A stretch of DNA of 32,000 bases from Candidatus Saccharimonadota bacterium. Lineage in GTDB: Bacteria; Patescibacteriota; Microgenomatia; UBA1406; GWC2-37-13. The stretch lies in assembly GCA_001790095.1 (NCBI GenBank), contig MGBH01000001.1, positions 480,001-512,000 on the forward strand. Reading direction: 5' to 3'. Below are positions 22,938-31,239 of this stretch, in pieces. Each line of letters begins with the position of its first letter. Within the stretch, counting starts at the first letter, position 1. The translations under genes and the position numbers were made by a program. The notes beneath the pieces are model-generated. The model was not told where the DNA came from. It saw nothing but the letters and a program-made list of their open reading frames with translations, and searched no databases.

Positions 22938-23990
22938 ATGGAAATAAATCAATTATTACAAGCCACAATAGAGAAAAAAGCCTCTGACCTTCATATTATC
23001 CCTGAGTATTTCCCATCTATCCGGATAAATAATGAACTTCTTTTTTTGAGAAGCTTTGGGGTTACAACCGGAGAAGATACGGAAAAACTAATCCTACCCC
23101 TTTTAACGGATAATCAACGAAACTATTTAAATGAAAATAAAGAAATCGATCTTGGATGGGATTACGAAGGTAATAGATTTAGAATCAATGTTTACACCAA
23201 CAAAAAAAAGCTTGGAGCTGCTTTTAGACTCATTCCTAATCATATCAAAACGATTGATGAGTTGAATTTACCATCCTTTTTCCATACATTTACTGCCTAT
23301 AAGCAGGGTTTGATTCTTTTTACTGGTCCAACAGGAGAAGGGAAGTCAACTTCGCTTGCCTCAATCATCAATGAAATCAATCAAAAAAAAGCTCGTCATA
23401 TTATCACTGTTGAGGATCCTATCGAATTTACCTATCCAAATGGCAAATCAATCGTCTCACAGCGAGAGTTACACCAAGATACTCTTTCGTGGCCAATCGC
23501 ACTCAAGTCTGTTTTACGAGAAGATCCAGACGTGGTGCTGGTTGGAGAGATGAGAGATTATGATACAGTACAGCTTGTTTTGACGATCGCTGAAACCGGA
23601 CACTTGGTTTTTTCTACATTGCACACTGGATCAACGAAAGAAGCAATCGATCGTATCGTTGACGTCTTTCCCTCGGGTCAACAAAACCAAATTCGTAATA
23701 CTTTGTCAACTACGCTCGTTGGAGTAGTTGCTCAACGTTTGATTCCTGACTCAACTGGAGTATCGCGCGTTCCTTGCTTTGAGATACTTATGAATACTCC
23801 CTCAGTCAGCTCAATCATTCGAGACGGTAAGAACTTCATGTTAGACAACGTGCTTGAAACAAGCGAAGATGAGGGTATGATCCTCTTTGAGAAATATCTT
23901 TCCAAACTCTATAAATCAGGACTCGTTACAAAAGAAGCTGCTCTTGATCATGCAATTCGTAAACAATTGCTCAGCAAATTCATAGGTTAA
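22938..23990 (+). CDS. pilT: Type IV pilus retraction ATPase PilT
   Basis: 350 aa. ASDLHI, GPTGEGKSTS, VVLVGEMRD, GHLVFSTLHT, SSIIRDGK (an AIRNLIRE-like motif). Confidence 0.9.
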   Translation: MEINQLLQATIEKKASDLHIIPEYFPSIRINNELLFLRSFGVTTGEDTEKLILPLLTDNQRNYLNENKEIDLGWDYEGNRFRINVYTNKKKLGAAFRLIPNHIKTIDELNLPSFFHTFTAYKQGLILFTGPTGEGKSTSLASIINEINQKKARHIITVEDPIEFTYPNGKSIVSQRELHQDTLSWPIALKSVLREDPDVVLVGEMRDYDTVQLVLTIAETGHLVFSTLHTGSTKEAIDRIVDVFPSGQQNQIRNTLSTTLVGVVAQRLIPDSTGVSRVPCFEILMNTPSVSSIIRDGKNFMLDNVLETSEDEGMILFEKYLSKLYKSGLVTKEAALDHAIRKQLLSKFIG

Positions 23991-23993
23991 CTT

Positions 23994-25193
23994 ATGCATT
24001 ATTGGTATAAAGCCCTCAAAAAAGACAAGATAAAAACAGGCACTATTGAGTCAACGTCGAAAGATGAGGTGGTTTATTTTCTTAAAAGAAACGGATACAT
24101 GCCTATTGAGGTAAAAAAAGCAGAGACCCTTTTTCCCCAAGTACAGGCTTTTTTTAATAAGGTTGGTTTTACTGACATCGTGGATTTTACCAGACAGCTT
24201 GCAATTATGTTGAATGCAGGCTTAACACTTATTGACTGTTTCAATATTTTGGAGAAACAGGTTAGCAAACCTGGTCTTCTTGCTCTTATCCAAAATATAA
24301 ACAAAGATATCATGTCGGGCAATACCTTTTCATCTGCGCTGCAGAAATATCCTGCTTATTTTCCAAATCTCTATGTCTCTCTCGTTAAGTCGGGTGAGGC
24401 ATCAGGAAAGTTAAGCGAGATTCTACTCAAACTTGCTGAGAATCTTGAAAAGCAACGTGAATTCCAGTCTAAAATAAAAAGCGCTCTTGCGTATCCAATC
24501 ATAGTCATTATTGGTATGTTTGGAGTCATGTTTGTTATGGTTACTTTTGTTATACCAAAACTGCTTAATTTGTATAAAGACTTCAATGTTGAATTACCCG
24601 TCACAACTAAAATTCTTATTGTCATTTCCAATTTTTCTTCAACGTTTTGGCCGCTTATTCTTGTTGGAATTTTTGTAACGGTAACTGCCTTTAAAAAATA
24701 TACGGCAACTAAAGCTGGACGACTGCTTTTTGACACCATGGCCTTAAGACTTCCTGCATTCGGTTCGTTGATCCAGATTTCCTCGCTTGTGGACGCTACC
24801 CGCACACTCGCCATTCTTATTGGATCTGGAGTATCAATACTTGACGGACTAAACATCATTATTGAAACAACTGGCAATATGGTGTTTCGAAACTCCTTTC
24901 AAAATATATATAAACAGGTGGAAAAAGGTTATTCTCTTGGGACTGCTTTGGGTAATGAAGGCATCTATCCTCCAATATTAGTCCAAATGACAACCGTCGG
25001 AGAACAAACAGGAAAGTTAGATGATACACTTCTGCGGATTTCCCACTACTTTGAGATGGAGTCTGAAATGGCTGTTAAAACCCTAACTACACTTATCGAA
25101 CCACTTATACTTGTTATTCTAGGTCTTGGAGTTGGGTTCTTAGTCATTTCTGTTATCACACCAATCTATAACCTAACATCTTCTTTTAAATGA
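23994..25193 (+). CDS. pilC: Type IV pilus platform protein PilC (GspF family)
   Basis: 399 aa. Two T2SSF repeats (FTRQLAIMLNAGLTLIDCF... and ATRTLAILIGSGVSILDGL...) and three TM segments. Confidence 0.9.
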   Translation: MHYWYKALKKDKIKTGTIESTSKDEVVYFLKRNGYMPIEVKKAETLFPQVQAFFNKVGFTDIVDFTRQLAIMLNAGLTLIDCFNILEKQVSKPGLLALIQNINKDIMSGNTFSSALQKYPAYFPNLYVSLVKSGEASGKLSEILLKLAENLEKQREFQSKIKSALAYPIIVIIGMFGVMFVMVTFVIPKLLNLYKDFNVELPVTTKILIVISNFSSTFWPLILVGIFVTVTAFKKYTATKAGRLLFDTMALRLPAFGSLIQISSLVDATRTLAILIGSGVSILDGLNIIIETTGNMVFRNSFQNIYKQVEKGYSLGTALGNEGIYPPILVQMTTVGEQTGKLDDTLLRISHYFEMESEMAVKTLTTLIEPLILVILGLGVGFLVISVITPIYNLTSSFK

Positions 25194-25218
25194 TCCATTT
25201 TGATATAAAAAGATGCTA

Positions 25219-25248
25219 TTGACATTGTGTAATAGTTTTTACTAATAT
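25219..25248 (+). promoter_or_regulatory. Strong sigma70-type promoter of the major pilin gene (TTGACA - 18 nt - TAATAT)
   Basis: Consensus -35 TTGACA at 25219-25224 and -10 TAATAT at 25243-25248. The ATG at 25258 lies 9 nt after the -10. Confidence 0.5.
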
Positions 25249-25257
25249 GAATATATT

Positions 25258-25800
25258 ATGAAAAACAAAACAAAAAAAGGGTTTACCCTCATTGAACTTC
25301 TGATCGTCATCGCACTTTTGGGTGCTTTAGCAGTTGCATTACTTGCCGCTCTTGATCCGCTTGAGCAGATAAAAAAAGGTACTGACACGGGCATTCGGAA
25401 TACTGCAGCCGAAATAGGCTCAGCATTTACACGTTATGCATCAGTCAAAGGTGGAAGTTTACCGTTTGACACCATTGCATGGGGTTCTGTCGGCACTGAT
25501 CCAGCAGGTACTGCATATGTAGCCATACAATCAGTTATCGATGCAGGAGAATTGAAGCAAGATTTCTTCACCTTAGCCCAAGATCAACTTGATAGAATCT
25601 ATATTTCGGCAGTCAACAACACAGGTACACAAAAAGCGTTTGTATGCTTTCAACCTGGATCTAAATCATTCAGAGTTGACGCAAATACCAAATTTGGAAC
25701 AGTAAACGGCGTAGATGGTACTATGACTGCATACACTGACTGTACAGCTGGCGGTACAAGCCAAACGGCAGGAGATGCATGTTATTGGTGCGTACAATAA
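25258..25800 (+). CDS. Major type IV pilin (prepilin with G|FTLIE motif)
   Basis: MKNKTKKG|FTLIELLIVIALLGALAVALLAAL. Three C-terminal Cys (C..., CYWC). It has its own promoter and terminator and appears visibly G+C-richer than its neighbours. Confidence 0.85.
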   Translation: MKNKTKKGFTLIELLIVIALLGALAVALLAALDPLEQIKKGTDTGIRNTAAEIGSAFTRYASVKGGSLPFDTIAWGSVGTDPAGTAYVAIQSVIDAGELKQDFFTLAQDQLDRIYISAVNNTGTQKAFVCFQPGSKSFRVDANTKFGTVNGVDGTMTAYTDCTAGGTSQTAGDACYWCVQ

Positions 25801-25813
25801 AATAAGAAACTTC

Positions 25814-25846
25814 ACCCGTCCTCCGATTCGGAGGGCGGGTTTTTTG
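25814..25846 (+). terminator. Intrinsic terminator after the pilin gene
   Basis: ACCCGTCCTCC (25814-25824), loop GATTC, GGAGGGCGGGT (25830-25840), forming an 11-bp stem with one G-U pair, followed by TTTTT. Confidence 0.8.
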
Positions 25847-25853
25847 TTATAAT
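25845..25853 (+). promoter_or_regulatory. Extended -10 (TGTTATAAT) 8 nt before the DUF2723-like gene
   Basis: TGTTATAAT 25845-25853, then CTATCACT, then ATG 25862. Confidence 0.4.
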
Positions 25854-25861
25854 CTATCACT

Positions 25862-27868
25862 ATGACATTCCTATATTATCTTTGTTTATGGATACTTTTA
25901 TTGTTTAATCAGTCACTTTATGTCTTTGGGGGAGACAGTGCGGAATTTTCTTTTGTTTCACAAAGCTTAAGCGTAGCTCACCCTCCAGGCTATCCTTTTT
26001 ATTCGTTGCTTGCAAATATTGTGGGAAGATCTATGCCTTTTTTTACCCCCCCTTGGCGAGTATCTTTGCTTTCTTCTATCCCAACTATCATAACCGCTTA
26101 TCTAATTTATCAAATATTGCTTAGAATGAAGTTGTCAAAGTTTGTAAGTATTTTATCATCAACTCTCTACATTTTTTTATTCCCTATATGGTCTTATGCT
26201 GTTATACCTGAAGTATTTGCACTTAATAATTTGTTTGTCTGTCTAATCACATTCTTGTTGTATATTTTTGAGAAAAGAAAGTCTGTTTCGATACTATATC
26301 TTTTTTCCTTACTTGTCGGATTAAGTGTTAGCCATCACCATATTTTTGTTTTATTCATCCCTGGATGGATATATCTCATGAGTGGAGAAAAAACTATACT
26401 TTTTCTGAGAAAAAATATTAGCAAAAGACGTGCTTTATACATCTTTATTTTTTTTCTTTTAGGATGCGGTTTTTACCTATATCCTCCTCTTGCAAGCAGA
26501 CTTTCTCCTCCACTTGACTGGGAAAATGCACAAACACTCTCAGGCTTTATTCGCCTTATTACCAGGTCAACATATGGCACCTTTAAAGCTTACTCTGGTT
26601 CTTCGGGCGATATTTTAAATCAGTTGTATGATGTTTTATCGCTTATTATCTTTGTTGTTCATGATTTTCGGATCATAGGTATTGTTTTGTTAGTAGCTGG
26701 TCTTGCGTGGCTTCATAAACAACAGCGACGAATGTTTACGTTTATTGGCATCACCATCCTTATGCATGTATTTTTCCTATTCTATACAAACTTCTTTCTT
26801 CATGGATCTTTTACTCTTGCTATGTATGAACGTTTCCTTATACCTATTTATCTGCTTTTTATTATTCCAGTTGGATACGGACTTGAACAGGTTATATCTT
26901 TTATTGGAAAATTTATAACTCTATACGTAAGAAATCGGGTTCTTATAAAACTTTGCAAAATCGCTGTTTATTTATTTGCTTTAAGTTATGTATTTATAGT
27001 TTTTTGGCAAAATTATAGAACCGTTGGAAAGATTAAAACCCTAGATGTCTTTGCCACTTACGCTAAGAATCTACTTGATACCGTACCAAGGGGGGGGATA
27101 TTCTTTGTAGGAAGTGATAACAGCTATTTCCCATCTGTCTATTATTTTTTTTCTCAGAATTATAGAAAAGACGTGAAATTTGTGTTCTTAAATATTCTTG
27201 AGAGAGAGCATTATAGAAAGAACTTAAAAAAATTATATCCAGAATTGTATGTTCCCACCCATTATCAAAAGAATAATAAAGACATCTCAGATTTCTTGGA
27301 AAAAAATGCACGTTTTGGCATTTATTTAGAGAATCCTCTCACATCATCACATACGTGGGAACCCTATGGTCTTTTGTGGAAATTTTATAAAACCAATAAG
27401 GAAGCGGCATCTGACAGCGCAAAATTAGTCAAGGCAAATAAAGATCTTTGGAACCATGTATATACTATCCCCAAACTCAACAAAGATCTAAAAAGCATAC
27501 TCCACTTGAATGTAGTGCAGGACAGTTATTTAAATGCTTACATGAATTATAGTAAGCTTCTCTTCGCTACAAACCATATGGATGAATCTATTCAAGTAAT
27601 TAAAAAATTAATTCGTGATTACCGGCCGCAAGATCAAAACTCAAAGATGATTCTTATGAATTTATTGGTAAGTCAAAAAAAGTGTACTGACGCCACTTTA
27701 CTACTTAATACTTTGAATTTAAGCAATCTAAAGACAGATGTACTATATATTCCATCATTTATTACTTATTATGAAACTTGTGACTCAAAGAGTCAGGAAA
27801 TAAACCGGTTAAAAAAGATGTATTTGGAAAAATCAAAAAAAAGCAAACCCAAGCTTACTGAGTTTTAA
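25862..27868 (+). CDS. Polytopic membrane protein, DUF2723/TMEM260-like GT-C glycosyltransferase with C-terminal soluble (TPR-like) region
   Basis: 668 aa. The N-terminal GGDSAEFSFVSQSLSVAHPPGYPFYSLL resembles the DUF2723 signature (GDSgE...HPPGYPL). About 10 or more TM segments are followed by a hydrophilic tail of about 250 aa. Confidence 0.6.
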   Translation: MTFLYYLCLWILLLFNQSLYVFGGDSAEFSFVSQSLSVAHPPGYPFYSLLANIVGRSMPFFTPPWRVSLLSSIPTIITAYLIYQILLRMKLSKFVSILSSTLYIFLFPIWSYAVIPEVFALNNLFVCLITFLLYIFEKRKSVSILYLFSLLVGLSVSHHHIFVLFIPGWIYLMSGEKTILFLRKNISKRRALYIFIFFLLGCGFYLYPPLASRLSPPLDWENAQTLSGFIRLITRSTYGTFKAYSGSSGDILNQLYDVLSLIIFVVHDFRIIGIVLLVAGLAWLHKQQRRMFTFIGITILMHVFFLFYTNFFLHGSFTLAMYERFLIPIYLLFIIPVGYGLEQVISFIGKFITLYVRNRVLIKLCKIAVYLFALSYVFIVFWQNYRTVGKIKTLDVFATYAKNLLDTVPRGGIFFVGSDNSYFPSVYYFFSQNYRKDVKFVFLNILEREHYRKNLKKLYPELYVPTHYQKNNKDISDFLEKNARFGIYLENPLTSSHTWEPYGLLWKFYKTNKEAASDSAKLVKANKDLWNHVYTIPKLNKDLKSILHLNVVQDSYLNAYMNYSKLLFATNHMDESIQVIKKLIRDYRPQDQNSKMILMNLLVSQKKCTDATLLLNTLNLSNLKTDVLYIPSFITYYETCDSKSQEINRLKKMYLEKSKKSKPKLTEF

Positions 27869-30059
27869 TTTTTCTGTAGATGACTAAAACGAGAGGGAAA
27901 ATAAGAACATAAATACTTCCCAAAAGCACTCCTAAATAGAAGGATGTCGGAGAGTAAGTTAGTGTAATTTTGTGACGACCAGATGGAACGCTCACCCCAA
28001 TATGTATAAGATTTACTCGTTTTCCAACAGTTCTTTTTCCATCGATCTGTATGGTCCAACCCGGGTACCAATTTTTTCTAAACACTATAAATGTATTTTT
28101 TGGTACATATACCTCAGCTATTAGCTTTGTATCTGTTTGTTCTGTGTTGTGAGATATAATATGGGTTTCTTGAGACAAGCTGTTTTGCTCCTCTAAGACA
28201 GCCTCAACCGTTGATATTTGTCCTGCCTCAAGAAGCGCATCAAACTCATCAATATATTCAATTTTTTTAAGTTTTGAGGGTACATAATACGGAGTTTCCT
28301 GCTTTGAAGATATCCGGTATAGATAGATCGTAGATCCACCGTTGGTGATACTATAAATTTGATTTTCTTTTTGCAATAAAGGATAAAGAGATACAATTGA
28401 GTCAACCCCCATTACAGATAATAGTTTTACTGCTGAATCTGTAGAAACTTTCTCGGTTGAAGGAAACACAAGCATATTTTCGACGGCATCAGTTAGGTAC
28501 TCTACTCTTTTTAATCTCAGCCCACCTGAATTGATTGTACTGCTTTGATAGCCAAAAATAAGGTTTGAGTTCGGTATTAATGAGTTGTTAAGAAATGAGT
28601 ACATATCAATATCTTTTTCCGTCATCCAACCATGCTTTGCAAAATATGAGTGCCATACCTTATCAAATCCTAGAGTTATATATCTTGTATCTTTACTTAG
28701 ATAAGTGGTTAGAGGTGGAGGAGATAACACGATCTTGTTTTTAATAAATATATGATAGTTTAGTGTTACTATTCCAAGCATAACAATATTAATAAATAAT
28801 GCAGCCATTATGAGTATTCTTAGAAATGAGTTTTTTGCAACAAGTAGAGTTTTCTCTATGATGAGCCCAGCGCCAATAACGCTAAAAAAAACTGCTATTA
28901 ATAAATATTTTGGTGGAGTGCGAAAAACATTAAAAGGAAAAATATCAAACAAGAAGTAAACGGGGGAGTTCTTACCCAAAGATATAAGGATAAATATAAA
29001 AACAATACACAAATAAACACTGATCTCTTTGTTGAGCTTCTTTTTAAAAAATAAATAGATAAGGCATGAAACAAAAACGACGATAAATAAGATCCCAATA
29101 TACGGGGTGTTTTCCCAAAAAATCCCCATGTTTGAAGGAAATTCTGGATAGGAACCTCTTTTGGGATTGCCAAATGGATAAGGAAATAAAAAAGATAGAA
29201 GATGACTCCATGGCATGGAAAAGGAGGTCGCATGAGCATACCCTCCCATAAGATTCCTTACCGAATATCGTATTAATTCAAACGTAGGAAGAAGTTGTGG
29301 CAACGAAATAATTGTGCCACTTATAACAACTGCAAATAAATGTATAAGTGTGTAGGACATTCCTATATACCATAAAAAAAGTCCAAACAAAGCTATAAAT
29401 ACAATCTGCATATGTCCTGCAAAAATCATCTGAGATAGAAAAAAGATACTCCAAATACCATATCTTAATTTCCTTGTTTTCTGTAATTCAAACATCATAA
29501 AAAAAAGAAGGGGAATAAGTGAGGCTGTTTGTATAACGTTTAAATGTATCCATCTAAACCCAATAGCACCAGAGAAAGTAAATGTATAGCTCAAAAAAAG
29601 AGCTAGAAGTGGTCTAATTGATTGTTTTTTCATAAAGAGGAATATCCCTAATGTCATTAAAAACAACGAAAACACAAAAAGTAAATTATAAGCCGTAGCA
29701 AAACCGAGTAAGCGGAAAAACACTATATTAGGGAGAAATAAAGCTCCAATCTGCCCCTCCGCAAATAAGGGAAATCCTCCTTGTAGTGCGTCTGTCCAAA
29801 ATGGAAGTGTGTTTTGGGCAAGGGATTTGGAGAGAAAATATTTAAGCGAAAGGTTGAAGTGAACAGCGTCGCTGCGATCAAAATCAGGAGTAAATAACAG
29901 CTTGTCTTTAATAAAAAAATAAAGAATAAGGTGTGTTACAATTATCAAAATGATCGGAAGATATGGAACAATGCTTATAGTTTTATTTTTTGCAACAGTA
30001 CCCAACCTTGGTTTTTTTACCCCTATATCCTTTGCTCTTATAACTTTTCTTTTTATCAT
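27855..30059 (-). CDS. Large polytopic membrane protein, YfhO-like GT-C family candidate (start uncertain)
   Basis: 734 aa. A K/R-rich N-terminus and many TM segments are followed by an extracytoplasmic domain of about 280 aa and a terminal TM (LGVLLGSIYVLIFPLVLVIY). This is the architecture of YfhO-type glycosyltransferases. The motif DFDRSDAVHFN...LPFWTDALQGGFPLFAEGQ is present. Confidence 0.45.
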   Translation of the reverse strand: MIKRKVIRAKDIGVKKPRLGTVAKNKTISIVPYLPIILIIVTHLILYFFIKDKLLFTPDFDRSDAVHFNLSLKYFLSKSLAQNTLPFWTDALQGGFPLFAEGQIGALFLPNIVFFRLLGFATAYNLLFVFSLFLMTLGIFLFMKKQSIRPLLALFLSYTFTFSGAIGFRWIHLNVIQTASLIPLLFFMMFELQKTRKLRYGIWSIFFLSQMIFAGHMQIVFIALFGLFLWYIGMSYTLIHLFAVVISGTIISLPQLLPTFELIRYSVRNLMGGYAHATSFSMPWSHLLSFLFPYPFGNPKRGSYPEFPSNMGIFWENTPYIGILFIVVFVSCLIYLFFKKKLNKEISVYLCIVFIFILISLGKNSPVYFLFDIFPFNVFRTPPKYLLIAVFFSVIGAGLIIEKTLLVAKNSFLRILIMAALFINIVMLGIVTLNYHIFIKNKIVLSPPPLTTYLSKDTRYITLGFDKVWHSYFAKHGWMTEKDIDMYSFLNNSLIPNSNLIFGYQSSTINSGGLRLKRVEYLTDAVENMLVFPSTEKVSTDSAVKLLSVMGVDSIVSLYPLLQKENQIYSITNGGSTIYLYRISSKQETPYYVPSKLKKIEYIDEFDALLEAGQISTVEAVLEEQNSLSQETHIISHNTEQTDTKLIAEVYVPKNTFIVFRKNWYPGWTIQIDGKRTVGKRVNLIHIGVSVPSGRHKITLTYSPTSFYLGVLLGSIYVLIFPLVLVIYRKIKTQ
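29934..29942 (+). promoter_or_regulatory. Extended -10-like TGTTACAAT 7 nt before ATG 29950
   Basis: TGTTACAAT 29934-29942, then TATCAAA, then ATG 29950. It lies inside the 5' coding part of the opposite-strand ORF. Confidence 0.35.
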
Positions 30060-31239
30060 TAGTATATTTGGAACTGGACTGCCGTCATCAAAAGTCCACT
30101 CTATAGCTGAGACATGCTTTGTTCTCCTCTTTTATGCTTGCATCTACTATGGAGGATTATATCAAAATAGTTTAAGTACGTTAATAGGCAGTATTACTTT
30201 ATCTTTTATAGTTGTTTTATTGGTTTTATCATACTTTTTTATTAAAAATAAAATCGATTTACTTTTTATTATTCTTCTTTTTTATATTGCTCTCTCTTTC
30301 TGGACACTAATCGGCTCACCAAAACCACTCGTTGACACGTTTGATGTTTTTCGTGAGGTCGCCGGAAAGATCATAAGCGGTGTTAATCCTTACTCTGCAG
30401 ATTTTTCAAGGACATATGCAGGAATAGACAACCATTTTCATTATCTTCCGTTCAGTTTCGTGTTTACTACACCATTTATGCTTATATTTGGAGATCCCAG
30501 AATAGCCATAATATTTGCCAATATTGTATCTGTACTGTGTCTTAGAAAAATATTTATGGACAGATTTGAAAAAAAGGATTTAAATCTTTTACTTGCTACT
30601 TTTTTATTTTTGCCTCGCTCATTTTACATACTTGAACATATGTATTTAGACCCTATTATTTTTATGTTTTTTCTTCTTTTTTACTTTAGTATGTTAAAAA
30701 AGAAAAGAAGATTTGCCATGATGTCACTTGGCTTATTTTTTTCATTCAAACAAAATCTGCTTATACTATTTCCACTTTTTCTCTTGAACTCTTTGGTCCG
30801 ACAATATCTTAAAAAAGAAATTCTATTTTTTTTAATGCCTTTTGCTCTTATAATTTTGTTTATAATTCTAAATCCCCCTTCATTTCTTATGCTCACATTT
30901 TTATCAATGTTTGGGGCAGTTTTTTATCCAGGTGCTCCAAAAAGTACACCGACCCACATAGCGCTCAGCTTCCAAGTGTTTATCAGATATGTTTTTCCAA
31001 ACATCAAAACCGCTTATCTCTATGTAATCTCAATATTATTATTAACCGTCGTTTATCTACGGGTTTTTGCACAAAAAAAGTATCGATTTATTGAGCGATT
31101 TGCTCTTATACTATTTGCTTTCGGGTATTTCATGCATCTTAGTTTTTTTAATCAATACTACTTTTTAGCCTTATTTTATTTCTTTAATTTTATGTTTGAA
31201 CAATCTTCCGGTCAAAAGAAAGATCAATCCTTCATATAG
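29950..31239 (+). CDS. Polytopic membrane protein, DUF2029/GT87-like GT-C glycosyltransferase candidate
   Basis: 429 aa and highly hydrophobic. DTFDVFREVAGKIISGVNPYS...FHYLPFSFVFTTPF resembles the D...Y...G.nPY...f.Y.P motif of the DUF2029/PimE-like family. Confidence 0.45.
   Translation: MIGRYGTMLIVLFFATVPNLGFFTPISFALITFLFIISIFGTGLPSSKVHSIAETCFVLLFYACIYYGGLYQNSLSTLIGSITLSFIVVLLVLSYFFIKNKIDLLFIILLFYIALSFWTLIGSPKPLVDTFDVFREVAGKIISGVNPYSADFSRTYAGIDNHFHYLPFSFVFTTPFMLIFGDPRIAIIFANIVSVLCLRKIFMDRFEKKDLNLLLATFLFLPRSFYILEHMYLDPIIFMFFLLFYFSMLKKKRRFAMMSLGLFFSFKQNLLILFPLFLLNSLVRQYLKKEILFFLMPFALIILFIILNPPSFLMLTFLSMFGAVFYPGAPKSTPTHIALSFQVFIRYVFPNIKTAYLYVISILLLTVVYLRVFAQKKYRFIERFALILFAFGYFMHLSFFNQYYFLALFYFFNFMFEQSSGQKKDQSFI

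Noticed and set aside
24371-24877. 168-aa antisense ORF inside pilC, and similar antisense ORFs at 7296-7721, 4662-5015, 9527-9847, 16763-17122, 21631-21945 and 20010-20369
   Set aside because: All lie opposite strongly supported conserved genes. They have no motifs or start signals and show the compositional bias expected for the antisense of coding sequence.
25201-25215. TGATATAAA after pilC as another leaderless promoter driving a 10-codon ORF (ATG 25213)
   Set aside because: The spacing to the ATG is only 3 nt. The ORF runs through the much better TTGACA/TAATAT pilin promoter, so this is most likely coincidental.
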